Positions 25,585 to 40,234 of a stretch of 64,000 nt of DNA are shown in pieces. The position numbers and the translations under genes are program-made. Below the pieces are notes generated by a model that worked only from the letters and a program-made list of their open reading frames with translations, did no database searches and was not told where the DNA came from. Numbering within the stretch: the first letter of the stretch is position 1; each line of letters begins with the position of its first letter. Source of the DNA: Macrostomum lignano (lineage: Eukaryota); NCBI GenBank assembly GCA_002269645.1, contig NIVC01002117.1, forward strand, positions 61,886 through 125,885, given 5' to 3'.

Positions 25585-26459
25585 GGCTGCGTTGCTGCGA
25601 CTTTCTCTCTCAATAAAGATCAACCAGCTGGTTTGGGGCCGAGCAAAACAGGAAATAGAAAACAACTGGAGTTGACTGGCGGCGACCCGGGAGCGGAGAT
25701 TATAGACTTAAGCCTCGACGGAACCCATCCTCCGGCGAAAGAGTCTGGCATAAGGGTGGCTGAAAGTTAGTTTTTTTTTAAACTCAGCCGCTTGCCCCAT
25801 TTTCAAGCCTTCGTCACTCTTTGGCCCGCTGCACAAGTGCTTAACGGCATTGGAGCGTGCGGGCAGCCTGGCTGAGCACTGGACGGGCGAATGAGTGGCC
25901 AGCCAAGAGCAGCGGGGGCAGGGAAGAGAGGAGAGAGCCGGGGCGGGAAAGATATCCTGCGACCGCGAGGCCGCTGCCGATTTTTGTGTTTTGTTTTGCC
26001 TGACTGAGCTCACAGCATGGGCTGGGAGCCGCCTTTCGACTCTGCCCCCCCCCCAACTCACCCGCTTGTGAAAGCCGGTGCCGCACCGGCGCTTAGGGGA
26101 TTCCGGCAAAAACGGGAAGAAGAAGAAGGCGGTGGAAAAAATTCCCATCCTCCTGCTCCCCATCATAGCAGCACAAATTCTGCAATAGCTGCGCTATCGA
26201 TGGCCGAACACGCGCGAATTCGAGCATGCGTGGAAAAACTGGCGATGGGGCAGCGAGCTTCTTCTAGGGGATGCTAAAGGAAATAAAAATTCACGACTGT
26301 GGAACAGAGGGCCGAGCTTTGGTCCTGGGGTTGTAAAATGAAACTATTAAATTTATGCAATGTGGAGCTCCCTCAATGGTCATTCTGGGGCGAGTTTAAT
26401 CAAATCTTGGAAGAAGTTTTGATGTTTTGCTTAGAAATCTGGGGTTTAAATTAGTATAA

Positions 26460-27260
26460 ACCCATCTAGAATGAGAACCCATCTGGAATGAGGACCCATC
26501 TGGAATGAGGACCCATATGGAATGAGGACCCATATGGAATGAGGACCTATCTGGAATGAGGACCCATCTGGAATGAGGACCCATCTGGAATGAGGACCCA
26601 TATGGAATGAGGACCCATATGGAATGAGGACCCATCTGGAATGAGGACCCATCTGGAATGAGGACCCATCTGGAATGAGGACCCATCTGGAATGAGGACC
26701 CATCTGGAATGAGGACCCATCTGGAATGAGGACCCATCTGGAATGAGGACCCATCTGAAATGAGGACCCATCTGGAATGAGGACCCATCTGGAATGAGGA
26801 CCCATCTGGAATGAGGACCCATCTGGAATGAGGACCCATCTGGAATGAGGACCCATCTGAAATGAGGACCCATCTGGAATGAGGACCCATCTGGAATGAG
26901 GACCCATCTAGAACGAGGACCCATCTGGAATGAGGACCCATCTGGAATGAGGACCCATCTGGAATGAGGACCCATCTGGAATGAGGACCCATCTGAAATG
27001 AGGACCCATCTGGAATGAGGACCCATCTGGAATGAGGACCCATCTGGAATGAGGACCCATCTGGAATGAGGACCCATCTGGAATGAGGACCCATCTAGAA
27101 CGAGGACCCATCTGGAATGAGGACCCATCTGGAATGAGGACCCATCTGGAATGAGGACCCATCTGGAATGAGGACCCATCTGTAATGAGGACCCATCTGG
27201 AATGAGGACCCATTTGAAATGAGGACCCATCTGGAATGAGGACCCATCTGGAATGAGGAT
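26460..27260 (+). repeat. 17-bp minisatellite (GGACCCATCTGGAATGA), array 1
   Basis: Tandem units read directly. Confidence 0.97.
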
Positions 27261-28065
27261 TCAAGGAGCATGACGCTAGAAGTTGAGCAAGGCGGACGAT
27301 TAAGTCAAATAAAAGTGCACAACGACAAGTACTTATTCAGTGAGTAAAAGCAGGCAGATCGAGGGTCTGCAAATTCTGCCGGCCCTTCATCTCTCTATCC
27401 AGCGCTCTCACTCAGTCTCTCAGAGGTGCAATGTAAGGGAAATATATGAGCAGCAGGAGAGACTCCCTGGTTCCGGAGGCGAGGCAAGGAATCCCCAAGG
27501 TGGTGCCTCATCAATTATCACTGCAGCTGGTCTGTCCGTGAAGCTTGAGCAGGAAAGTTGCGGAGACCTACTGGGAGCACAGAAAATATGGAAACTGACG
27601 CAGCTCGATTCCCCTGGCGCACCGGCGATCCCTGTGAGCAGTAGGCGGATTCCCGGTACCTGCCTACTCCGGAACTCGCAGATTTGAAGCAAACGGAGTC
27701 GCCACCTGTGTTTGCTGTGCGTGATCAGGTGTCGGCCTGCCTCCCTACCTTCTGCGCGGTAACTCTGTAATTTTCCCCGAAATGATATTAAACCAGAGAG
27801 AGGAAGAATAGTCTAACAATTAAGAGTTAAACAAACCCCCATAGCGAACTTCGGTGTGTGTGCTGCAGTTTGTGCTCAGCGTGCTCAACACTCGTGCTCA
27901 AGTACTCAAGTCCGATTCCGTGAGCGGCCACATTTATTTAGAGCTCCAGCACTAAAATGCGCCAGAGGACTGTTGTATCAAGGGCTCAGAAATGCCTGCA
28001 TGCTGTCACCTTGGTTTTTCTGCAGAGGTCACAGCTCCCTAAGCGAAGTAATCGACTATAGTCCA

Positions 28066-29030
28066 TCTAGAATGAAATGAGAACCCATCTGGAATGAGGA
28101 CCCATCTGGAATGAGGACCCATCTGGAATGAGGACCCATCTGGAATGAGGACCCATCTGTAATGAGGACCCATCTGTAATGAGGACCCATCTGGAATGAG
28201 GACCCATCTGGAATGAGGACCCATCTGGTATGAGGACCTATCTGGTATGAGGACCCATCTGGAATGAGGACCCATCTGGAATGAGGACCCATCTGGAATG
28301 AGGACCCATCTGGAATGAGGACCCATATGGAATGAGGACCCATATGGAATGAGGACCCATCTGGAATGAGGACCCATCTGGAATGAGGACCCATCTGGAA
28401 TGAGGACCCATCTGGAATGAGGACCCATCTGGAATGAGGACCCATCTGGAATGAGGACCCATCTGGAATGAGGACCCATCTGGAATGAGGACCCATCTGG
28501 AATGAGGACCCATCTGGAATGAGGACCCATCTGGAATGAGGACCCATCTAGAACGAGGACCCATCTGGAATGAGGACCCATCTGGAATGAGGACCCATCT
28601 GGAATGAGGACCCATCTGGAATGAGGACCCATCTGGAATGAGGACCCATCTGGAATGAGGACCCATCTGGAATGAGGACCCATCTGGAATGAGGACCCAT
28701 CTGGAATGAGGACCCATCTGAAATGAGGACCCATCTGGAATGAGGACCCATCTGGAATGAGGACCCATCTAGAACGAGGACCCATCTGGAATGAGGACCC
28801 ATCTGGAATGAGGACCCATCTGGAATGAGGACCCATCTGTAATGAGGACCCATCTGTAATGAGGACTCATCTGGAATGAGGACCCATCTGGAATGAGGAC
28901 CCATCTGGAATGAGGACCCATCTGGAATGAGGACCCATCTGGAATGAGGACCCATCTGGAGTGAGGACCCATCTGTAATGAGGACTCATCTGGAATGAGG
29001 ACCCATCTGGAATGAGGACCCATCTGAAAT
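28066..29030 (+). repeat. 17-bp minisatellite, array 2
   Basis: Same unit and orientation as array 1. Confidence 0.97.
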
Positions 29031-30485
29031 CGTGAATGAAATGAGGATCTGGAATGAAATGAGGATCTGGAATGGAATGAGGAACTAACCGACTAAAGCT
29101 GCATTCAACCAAAGAGGGGATCAGTTTCGTGAGCAGTTCTCCTGCAATGAGGAAAGTTGTTCTGTCATGCCCTTGTTTGAAATTCGTCATCTCTAATTGG
29201 GTCAGCGCCTTCGCTGCCAGTATCTGAAAGTTAAGTAGCCTTGACCGCGGTTAGTACGTGGCTGAGGCAGGTCAAAGCTTGGCATATTTCTACAGTTTAT
29301 ATCTTCACGGTCAATTGTGAGACAGAGGCTTCAAATCACCTGACCTCTTTGTCAAATTAACTCTGAACCCCACAGTCCCTAATAGTCTAATTGCCCGAGC
29401 TACTCACTAGCTTGAGAATTGACAGCTACAAAACCAGGCGCAGTCGGAGCAGCGGGTCTCCGGTGGAGCCGATCGATTGGAGATTGAATTCCACTGACCG
29501 CGGCTTCAGAGCCAGGCCGGGCAGGCAGCGGCTTGATGGAGGAAGAGATTGAAATTGGATGAGGCAGGCGGGGCTAATGAGACTGCATGCGGGAGGCGCT
29601 AGGAGTGAGCATAAATGGGATTTGTTGAGTTTTCCTTCCCCGGACCAGATGGAGGCGAGAGTCAGTCTGGAGGCAACCTGCTCAAACTGCTCACTTTGTC
29701 CAGCTGCACTTTTATGGAGATCCTAGTTTGACCAGAGCGAGCTCAATAATCATGTTTAGCTGCTTGCCAAAAGAACTCATTAGGAAAAGTGAGAAGTACT
29801 TCCCGAGCTTAAAACACCTGAGAACTGTAGTTTCCGATCCCCTGTTTCTTGGAATCCTCGGCTCATCTCGAACGTTTTCTTGGAAACGAACTTTTCTGAA
29901 GCTTTTTCTGAAAGTAAATTGCTCTCTGCCTCTCTTTTTGCACTCCCAAAGTAACTTTTTCATTCCCTTCCTTTTTCTATTGGCACTGCTAAGCTTGTAG
30001 CTGGAGTGAGTAGTTTAGCTGTACTCTTCTGCTCTCTGCACTTTCAGGCTAATATTTCCAAGACTCTTAGCTTCACAGAGATCTGGTCAAGTTCTCTAAG
30101 CGCCTGTTTTTTTCCTGGTTTCTTAGAAAATTAAAAAAAAAACAGAAATAGAAGAATGGCGCTGCTTTAGAGGCAATTAGGGATGCTGCTCGCTTTTCTA
30201 GGAAGCAGGTGCGATCGATTTTTGGGGTTAACTGAGCTGGGATTTCAATTTCTGCCAGTACCGTCTCTCTGAGCAGTCTAAGGTAGCCAGTTTGCTGTGT
30301 AACTGAGACGAATAAAGAAAAAGCAATTGAGCTTGTAGAAGAAAGCGGAGAAATACTCCATTTATAATATTTAATGCCAAACATGTTCGCTACCCAGAAT
30401 GCTACTTTTAGTAGTACGGTGCGGAAAATTCTATTCTGAAGTGCAGCTGGACACCGGACGGGCGGCCTGGGCCAAGCGGACTCAC

Positions 30486-30844
30486 GCTGAGCTGAAGCTC
30501 TTGGCCGGGCAAGGCCGTCGATGGCTGCTTCTGCCGGCCGGCGCCGCCGATGAGCAGTCCGACTTGGAGATGCGCAGCAGGTTGCGCCGCCGCCTGCGCC
30601 ACACCTCGGCGTCGCCGTGGGAAAAGTGCCGACTGGCGTAGCCGCCGCCACCGCCGCCGCCGCACAGGGCGCACTTTTCGCACAGGCCACAGCTGTCACT
30701 GGCTGCCTCGCTGTCCAGCACAATGGGAGGCACCGGCAGCGGCGGAAGCGAAGTTCGGTGAGACTGCGGCTTGTCAGCATCTGCCGCTTCATCATCCTGC
30801 CTGCTCCACAAGTGCTGCTGCTCCAGCTTGTGATCGACTGGCAT
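30486..30844 (-). CDS. Candidate PDE4 alternative first coding exon G (119 aa, MPVDHKLEQQ...AKSFSS)
   Basis: ATG at 30844; consensus donor GC|GTGAGT phase 2; 359 nt; GC-rich, protein-like sequence. Confidence 0.65.
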
Positions 30845-32017
30845 TTTTGCAATTCGGAATCTTTGGTTTGTTCTTTAGCCGTTCCTAAGTTTCTTTATGG
30901 TTTTTTTCAGACATTTATTAATAAGCTGGCAGCCAATGATTGTTCGGAAAGGAAATCACTCGCTTCCTGGATTTCAGGTCGGCCTTAGCTAGAATTTGGC
31001 TTCTGTACAAGGAGGCCCGCCCATCCACCCAGCTCCACCCGCCGTATCAGCAGGGCGCTCTCAAAGGAGAGAAACTAAAGAGGAACAGGAATAAAAGGGA
31101 GCAGAGGAAGGCGGTCCGGACACTCGATGAATCCGAGCCCTGCTCTGCCCCAGTTTTGCTTGGAGAGTAGGCCGCGAGCACTGAGCACCGCGAAGGGGGC
31201 CGGGGGGAACTCGGCAAGGAAAATGAGGAGTCCAACCCCGCTATAGTCTTCCTCCCGTGACGCATGAAGCGGCCCCCCGCTGCGCTGCGCCTTATCAGCA
31301 GCATAAAATTTCGTTGTAGCCAGCAGCGAGCCAGCGGCCAACTCTCGCTAGACTCAGCCGGTTCGACTATTCTCCGGCTCTGCTGCACTTTTACTTTTCT
31401 TGATGACTAATCTGAGTTGACGGTTGAGTAGAACAGTTTAAAAAGCACAGTTTCTTTTGACGCAGAGTTACAGTTTGTTTACGAAGTAACTAAGGAAAAA
31501 CAAAAACTATTTTCTCGAATGGTTTCTGATAATTACGAGTACGTTGATACTGTATGCGTGGGAGGCTTAAGATTAGGGATTAAAGTTCTGACAGTACTGG
31601 ACTTCGTGTACATGCACTGAAGGCAGTACTGGAGACGGTGTACTGAAGGCAGTACTGGAGTCAGGAAAGGAAAAAGCATCAAAACTTGCCATTTGAGAGG
31701 AAGAAATGATAGAAATTTGGCAAGAAAAAAGCAATGGAAGCAACTGCTCCGATTGTACCTGTTCTCTGCAACTAAGTGTTAATTTTTGCACCTGGTGATG
31801 CTAGTGAATTATGAATCGGCTGGGACAAACACAGCAATCTCTGGCCGATCTTATCGCCAGCTACAGAACCGCTTATTTATGCTACATAGAACTGCCCACA
31901 TCAATAATTCAGATCGGCGGGGTGGCTTTGGGTCCGGAAATTTTGCCAAAATTTGTCTGCATTTCTTTACACGGTCTCTCTCAGTTCTTCAGCTCCCAGT
32001 TCCCTTAAAAAATCCTC

Positions 32018-32552
32018 AGTTCCCCACTCCCTCAGTTCCGCCCTCTCCTCAGTTCCCCACTCCCTCAGTTCCGCCCTCTCCTCAGTTCCCCACTCCCTCA
32101 GTTCCCCACTCCCTCAGTTCCCCACTCGCCTCAGTTCCCCACTCCCTCAGTTCCCCCTTCCCTCAGTTCCCCCTTCCCTCAGTTCCCCACTTCCCTCAGT
32201 TCCCCACTCCCTCAGTTCCGCCCTCTCCTCAGTTCCCCACTCCCTCAGTTCCCCACTCCCTCAGTTCCCCACTCCCTCAGTTCCCCACTCCCTCAGTTCC
32301 CCCCTTCCCTCAGTTACCCCTTCCCTCAGTTCCCCACTTCCCTCAGTTCCCCCCTTCCCTCAGTTCCCCCCTTCCCTCAGTTCCCTACTCCCCTCAGTTC
32401 CCCACTCCACTCAGTTCCCCACTCCCTCAGTTCCCCACTCCCTCAATTCCCCACTCCCTCAGTTCCCCACTCCCCTCAGTTCCCCACTCGCCTCAGTTCC
32501 CTACTCCCCTCAGTTCCCCACTCCCTCAGTTCCCCAGTCCCCTCAGTTCCCC
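32018..32552 (+). repeat. C-rich degenerate minisatellite (CCCTCAGTTCCCCACT)
   Basis: Read directly. Confidence 0.93.
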
Positions 32553-32576
32553 AAGTGGTCCCCAGCTGCAGCTCAC

Positions 32577-32797
32577 CGCTCTCTGCTACGGCTGTACGTG
32601 ATCCTTATCCTGGGCATGCTGGGCGCCTGGTTGCACCTGACCGGCTGCCCTCCCGCCGGCCCGCTGCGGTAGAGGACGTGGTCAGAGTGCCGCCTCTCGT
32701 GCTGCTGGGGCGTTTCGGGTGGCGCCAGAAGGTCCTGCTTGAGATGTCGGAGCGGGTTCTGGTCTGTGCGCGTGTGTGTATAAAGCTGGGACCGCAT
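32577..32797 (-). CDS. Candidate PDE4 alternative first coding exon H (73 aa, MRSQLYTH...ERRHSD...YSRSRE)
   Basis: CACCATG at 32797; donor CG|GTGAGC phase 2; 221 nt; RRHS motif. Confidence 0.65.
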
Positions 32798-33050
32798 GGT
32801 GAAACACAATCTGGAGTCTTGTCAAAAAAGCTGGAGTCTTGTGTATCCCGAGCCGAAATTCGACTCCGTTTGAATTGGCTTTCAAAAGCATTGATTGAGA
32901 GTTTGCCTTGGGCGTCAGTGCTTTAACTTTTAAAGTAAACTTAGACCACCATGATTACACCATACTACTTTTTGAGGCGATTTAGTAGCATATAGAGGGA
33001 TGAAATGGATTTATAGAAAAACTTTTTCAATAATTACACTTATAAAACAT

Positions 33051-33819
<769 letters not shown>

Positions 33820-34693
33820 CACTGCAGCACTGCCAGCAGTTCGTGACTACTTCAAAGCCAGCAGGAAGCACAATATCTCAATTCTTGGCCTGTTTTCAGT
33901 TCGCCATGGCCAGGCAAACAGGACCTCAAAAATTCTACGTGGAAGAATTCGTGATGCCCGTTTCCCTTTCCAGACTGACAGGTCTGTTAGTGCAACAATG
34001 GAACAAAGGCCGGGGGCGGACAGACTCACGTGATTTGAGCTGGCAGCCGCAACCACAAGCAGCTGGTCGGACCGAGACGACAGCATTGTTGATTTCAAGC
34101 TAATGCTCTGACAGGATCCGGAAAAATTGCGTCTCAAATACTCTGGCTATGAGCTCGTGCTGATTTTACTGCCAAGATTTGAGCTGCAATCTGGCGGGGG
34201 TGCTCCGCGGCAGGTCCAATAGGCTGGTAGCTGCAGTGAGCAGCCCCCGAGCTCAAATGCTGAATGGCTGGTCCTTCCGTTTCCGCTCTGGTAGGGCTGC
34301 GTCCCTGGCTTTTGCTTGCTTCCGCTTTCCTCAGGCGCCACAAAGCCTCCTCCCGACTGGCGATTTTGCCATGGCGAGTCGAGAAATTTGAATCTTTTGT
34401 TGACTTCCTCCAAGTCTTCTTACGAATAGCTTCTAATGAGGTATCAATCAGAGCATTCATGCAAGCAGCAGTGTGTGTCATTTTATTCCGTAAACATTTG
34501 TTTCCTATAGTTTATAGAATTCTAATTATCAACGAATATTCAAGGTCGTAGACTAACGGTAACTGACCCTATACGACTGCCAGAGGTCAATCAACCTCAC
34601 AATGGCCACTATTCAAAGAAGCTACGATATTATCAGGACCCCAACACTCGCGATTACAGCTGAAACATCGCGCCAGAAATCCCCTGATTGTGA

Positions 34694-34703
34694 GTGACGT
34701 CAC
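34694..34703. promoter_or_regulatory. Palindromic cAMP-response-element-like motif GTGACGTCAC
   Basis: Exact TGACGTCA core among the PDE4 alternative first exons; function unproven. Confidence 0.3.
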
Positions 34704-35314
34704 ATCCGTGATGAAATCAGAGGGATGAAAGTAATTACCGGTTGAGCTTTTCACCGTATTTAGATTAACCGTGAATTTTGGCTTGTGAAGATATTGCAAA
34801 ATATTCAAGGAATTTTTATGTCTATCTATCCAGCGTTGACTTGTTTGTTAAGGAGGCTTTGCGAGTTGTCTGGCATGACATGCTCACTCCGTCTACTGGG
34901 AGTTTGATTGATTAAAGGCCTGCATAGCCACGAAACTAACTATTTATTAGCTCTTTTGCTTTCGCACTTTAACAATTTTGCTAAGCTAATCAGTTAAAGC
35001 TGTGTGTGAAGAGCTTCTGTGGATGGCAGTTGGCTTGAATTGCCAAGCTTTCGAAGGCTACTCCATCTTCATTGTTCTGCCTGCTGCTGGAGCGAAACTA
35101 CGGAAGGCTAGGAAAAGGCCCATTGTTCCCTATTGAACTGCTTGCCTTTTCCACTTGCATCTACTGGCAAGCGGCCGCGGATTCCGTCCGGTCTCAGGAG
35201 TTTAATTGATTGAGGCACTTTTCTCTTCAGCCGCCAGCAGTGCTCCCGGGCTGCGCTCACGAATCTCGAGACAATACTTGTGACCCCCGGTTGATGACAA
35301 ATCACTAAAGCATT

Positions 35315-35515
35315 GGGTGTCCACTGCCTTAGCTGCAACCCATTGAGTGTCCACTGTCTCAGCTGCAACCCATTGAGTGTCCACTGTCTCAGCTGCAACC
35401 CATTGAGTGTCCACTGTCTCAGCTGTAACTCATTGAGTGTCCACTGCCTCAGCTGTAACTCATTGAGTGTCCACTGTCTCAGCTGTAACTCATTGAGTGT
35501 CCACTGTCTCTGCTG
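35315..35515 (+). repeat. 30-bp minisatellite (CATTGAGTGTCCACTGTCTCAGCTGCAACC)
   Basis: 6-7 tandem units. Confidence 0.93.
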
Positions 35516-36048
35516 TAACGGCTGTAGTCAACATTGGTTTCGAAAAGTCCTAAGTCATAACCGTTTAGGTATTCGCTGTCACAGGATCGACAAAAGTAAA
35601 AGTTAAAAGCCCATTAACCCAAGCTTCGTTCAGTTGTCTCAATATCTGGTGCTGAGTTTTATCTGTTTACCTCGCCTCACCTTTGCTATCAGCTCAAGTC
35701 TGCTTCTATTTTCCTTTCCTATTTTAGGAAGTTTAAAAGCATGCCATCCAAACAGCCCAGCACTAGACACATTGATTAAGAGAGCTTTGCAAGCAACTGT
35801 CTAACCGTCTATGCGAACAATGCAAATAAATATCTGAAACACCATTTATCCGTGCTTTCCACTGCAGAATCTTGCACTTTACGATCCATTAGCAGAAGAA
35901 ATATTCAGTGAATTTTTTTGAATATCGGATTTCTGATATGAAGTTTCCGTTTTTTTCATTGGTCTGCTTGTTAGCAAAACTCGGGCCTGTAGAAGTGTCA
36001 CAATGCAGTATGATTTAAAGCGCAATAGTAACGCATGCAGTCACTCAC

Positions 36049-36068
36049 CTCCGAGCCTCAGATTTCAT
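36049..36068 (-). CDS. Candidate very short PDE4 first coding exon I (MKSEAR + AG)
   Basis: First in-frame ATG after an upstream stop; perfect donor AG|GTGAGT phase 2; only 20 coding nt, so a chance match is possible. Confidence 0.4.
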
Positions 36069-36344
36069 GCCAGAAGAGAACTGCGCGCCCAGATTCTGGC
36101 CGGAAAAGGAGACTTGAGTACAATTGTACAGTCAGCTAAGTTGATAGTTTCAGCCAAGCAAGTGGAGGATTCCCATTTGGCAGCAGTGTAGAGTAGGTTT
36201 CGGCCATAGACATAGGGAGCATACATTACATGACATAGGGCATACGAGTAAACGGAAAAGGGCAAGCTCTAGTTGACATCTAGTTGATACATGTCTAGTT
36301 TGGCCATAGACATCAGCACAAAGAAGGATTCCAGCAGCAACCTC

Positions 36345-36808
<464 letters not shown>

Positions 36809-38550
36809 GTTTTCAACACTGTTATTGCATTCTTGAGCTCATCAAAATCACTGGCTTACCAGAAGCAATACGTGTATCAATAAAACTTTCTGTCTCGCTA
36901 TGCAGGCACAAGCTCGTGAAATACATTACTTCAAGTAGACTATGAGCGCATTTTTATACTAGGGTTTTGGAGGCTATTCAGACCGCCGCTGATGCATATT
37001 GCAGGACATAGCGATCGGCCAGACAGACAGGAGGGCCAGAACATGCAGCTGAGAAATCCTTCACCCCCACCCAAAAAACCAGGATCTCAGAGCGACCTCA
37101 TAAATTTTCTTCCGGAATCCTGCAGGCAAGCCGAAATGAACTCGGAGGAGACGCGAAGAGGGGGGAGGTTGGTGGACAACATCAAGCTAGCAGGGATGCT
37201 GCGTCTCTCTCTCTATCGAAGCGTCTCAGCTGCATCATCTCATCCTCACCACCGCCTTGAGATACCCGTGCACCCCCATCGCGGGACAGCCCGTCTCTGG
37301 CCCAGTTAACCCAATCAATCGATCTAACTAGATCGCGGGGGGGGGGATAGGCCTGAACAAAATCATGCAGGCCATGAGGGTCCTCTCAGTCCAGGCCAGG
37401 CCACTGTGTCCCCTCTGACCAAGCCTCTCAGATTCTCGGCTTTACAGCCACCATGTTTTCCCCGAGTTAATAGCAGCTTATATATGGGTTATAGCTGGGT
37501 GCAACGATATTCTAATAGGGGGCAACACTTTAGCAAGTCGATGAAAATATAAACTTGCTCATCATTCAAGGGCGACAGTGGCGTTGCATTATTGAATCAA
37601 AGTTTCGGGATTCGATTCAGGGACCACAGGCGGCAATAGGATGGAGCACACCGTTATTACTTTATTACTGTTATCAGAGTCGGGGGGACTGTGCGCAACC
37701 TGGAGCACTTTAGGCGACATTGTCTCACAACCGGCGAGAGGCATCGCTGCCCATTCCGCCGACTCCCCTGAGCAGGCACACAAGCGAGCGGATACGTACG
37801 CAGTCATACGCACAGGCACACACTCACAGCGGCCCTGACTTTATTCATGCACAAGCAGAGCCAAGCCGAGATTCCAATTCAGCCCCAGATTATTGTGACT
37901 GCATATCGGAAATCCATATCGGACTCGCATAGCGGTTGGCTAATAAAATGGCGATTATTTATGCTTTACGAGCTATAAAATTGGTCTCTCAATTCGATGT
38001 TCAGTTATCACATTTGAGATTTGTAGCACTACTGATGCTAATCAAATCATTTCATGTTTAGCATTTCAAGCTTGGATGCCCCATGGCCATGGATGAAGGA
38101 ATCCATGGCCATGGCCTTAATTGTATACTTAATGATTCTAAATCCATGCTTGTGATTGTTGCGTTGTTCAAATAAAGTTGCAAACTAAAGAGTAAAGAAA
38201 GATCGTGCATGGGTCTTCTCTAGGCGAGGACCTATACTAAAAAGAAGTCTTGACCATAGACACTTACAACACGACTCTGACGGACCGACCAAATGGACAG
38301 AAATCTATTCTTTCCGTTTCATTGATTCTTTGGTCCAAACCGCTTAGGCTTTGAACTCGATTCCAGGCCTCGGCGAAGTAAAGAAACTGAAAGAACTTAT
38401 ACTTCTATTCCTTCATCCATGCCCATGGCTTGTCTCTCACTCGAGTTTCTCAGTCAGAAATTTGCTTTTGTCTATGGCCCAAACTGTATTTGTTCTGTAG
38501 GCTTTCAACGCTGGATGTCTGTTTTCTACAAAGAATACCCAGCATAAGAC

Positions 38551-38886
38551 AGAATGCCAAATTTTCAGCTGCAGTTGCAACAACAGATTATATTACCTAG
38601 ATGGGCCACTGGCCTGGCTGCAGCGCGAAAACCTCGGGTTTTGACCATAGACAGTTGCTTCTGCTGCTCTCAAGACATTAGCAGCAGCTAGTGTGTGGCC
38701 CTAACCCCTGGGTTTTTGGGGCCTCGGGACGGCCGCTAAAACATTGGCGAATGCTGGAGTGACACATCAAGGTAATTATAGACTCTGTGGTTGCAACTAA
38801 AAATGCAGCTTCCCGAGCATTTGTGTTTTGACCATAGACAGAAGCTGCATTCTTTACTGCAACTGCAGCTGCAAAGTTGACATTCT
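38551..38886. mobile_element. MITE-like element with 29-bp inverted ends
   Basis: AGAATGCCAAATTTTCAGCTGCAGTTGCA vs reverse complement of 38858-38886: 26/29 identical; no clear TSD. Confidence 0.45.
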
Positions 38887-38942
38887 ATCGGGGCGTGTCA
38901 CAAGTACGAAATTTCAAATCGTCAAAAGAGAGAATCTTTTGC

Positions 38943-39280
38943 AAGCTCGAAACATTCACAAACTCGAAACTTCAGAAACTCGAAACTTAACATCGTTGAA
39001 AAGTTAAAATGTCGATTACTTTTACTAAACAATAGCTAAAAACTTCACAATCTCTGGAAGTAGAAAGAAAGTTTCTGGTTTCTATTAGTTGCTTTTCTAA
39101 CAGCCCTTTCTGAGTGCAAGTTATTTCGGCTGGAATTATCGCTCCGAAAACTCAAATTAAAATCAGGTTTGTTAAGCCTATGGATAATTGATTCACATTT
39201 CATGTTTTTTTGAGCTTATAAGTGTGACCGACAGGAATTTCGACGATGTGAAGTTTCGAGCTTGTGAAATTTCGAGCTTG
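38943..39280. mobile_element. Foldback/MITE-like element with internally repeated inverted ends
   Basis: CTCGAAAC(A/T)T subrepeats at 38943-39000 mirrored at about 39239-39280. Confidence 0.45.
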
Positions 39281-40234
39281 AGCTTTTTTTTAAGTTAGCA
39301 CGACAAAGGGAATGCCATACACACAGTGTGTCGACTGGACGTAATTCTTAGAAAAAGATTTCCAACATTTTCAACAAGGAGTTCCTATGTAAGGAAGATT
39401 TTGGCTTGAATAATTTGTTTTTATAAGTAAAGCTTTACAGAATTACATAAAGCAATAAATCAGCCATTCACAATTTAAATTTAAGCGCTATTTTTTGCCG
39501 AAAAATGAAAAGCTCTTATCTTTGTAGTGGAATTTTTGCGCAAAACCAGCCTTCAAATACGGTATTTTCTAAGAAACGAAGTTCCCCGGTCCTACTTAGG
39601 TCGTCCTTGATTGCCTATTCTCGCTGGCTATTATGGCTCAATTGTGGCAGATTTTGAAAGAAGACGAAGCCAAGGTTGACCACAGACCAAATACAAATGG
39701 TAGGAGCAATAGATTTATGTTATAAAGTCAAAGAAAAAGTTGAATTATGTGGACCTGGTGTAATTTGTATTTGCCATTCATAAATCAAAGTGATTTAATA
39801 TGCATTTAGGTGATACAAAATCAATAACAAGCAGCTGTCATAGCCTGCAGATATGAGCAGTTGTTTATATAACAAACTAAACTTCATCAGCAATGGGGAG
39901 GGAGTTTGCAACGATACAAGTAGAAAGCATTAATGAATCCAGTCTAAGAGTAAGCAACGCCTTTGACTCTGTGCTAAACACAGCCCACTCCGAAACAAAA
40001 TTAAACGCAGCGAAAGAGAGCCTTCGAAGAGAGCAGCTAGCGTCGAAGTTGAAACGGTGGTAACTCGAAAATTAAACGCATAACCAAACACAGTTTTCTG
40101 TTTTATCCTGTACAGTAAAACAGCTTAGTAAATGCAAATTCTGAATATATTTGCTGTGAAAAATGATGACTAGAAGAGTTTGCCAAAGTATTAATTGATA
40201 AAACAAGTAAAAAATCACTGTGTTTACATTCCAC

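Noticed and set aside
26396-29190. Many MGPHSRWVLIPDGSSFQ ORFs
   Set aside because: Three-frame translations of the 17-bp repeat.
34020-34090. ATG ORF ending at a GTGAGT donor (34029)
   Set aside because: Phase 0, with no matching acceptor found; left unassigned.
36992-37309. 105-aa plus-strand ORF, or a minus-strand PDE4 exon here
   Set aside because: No recognisable domain; the minus-strand ATG frames hit stops before any suitable donor.
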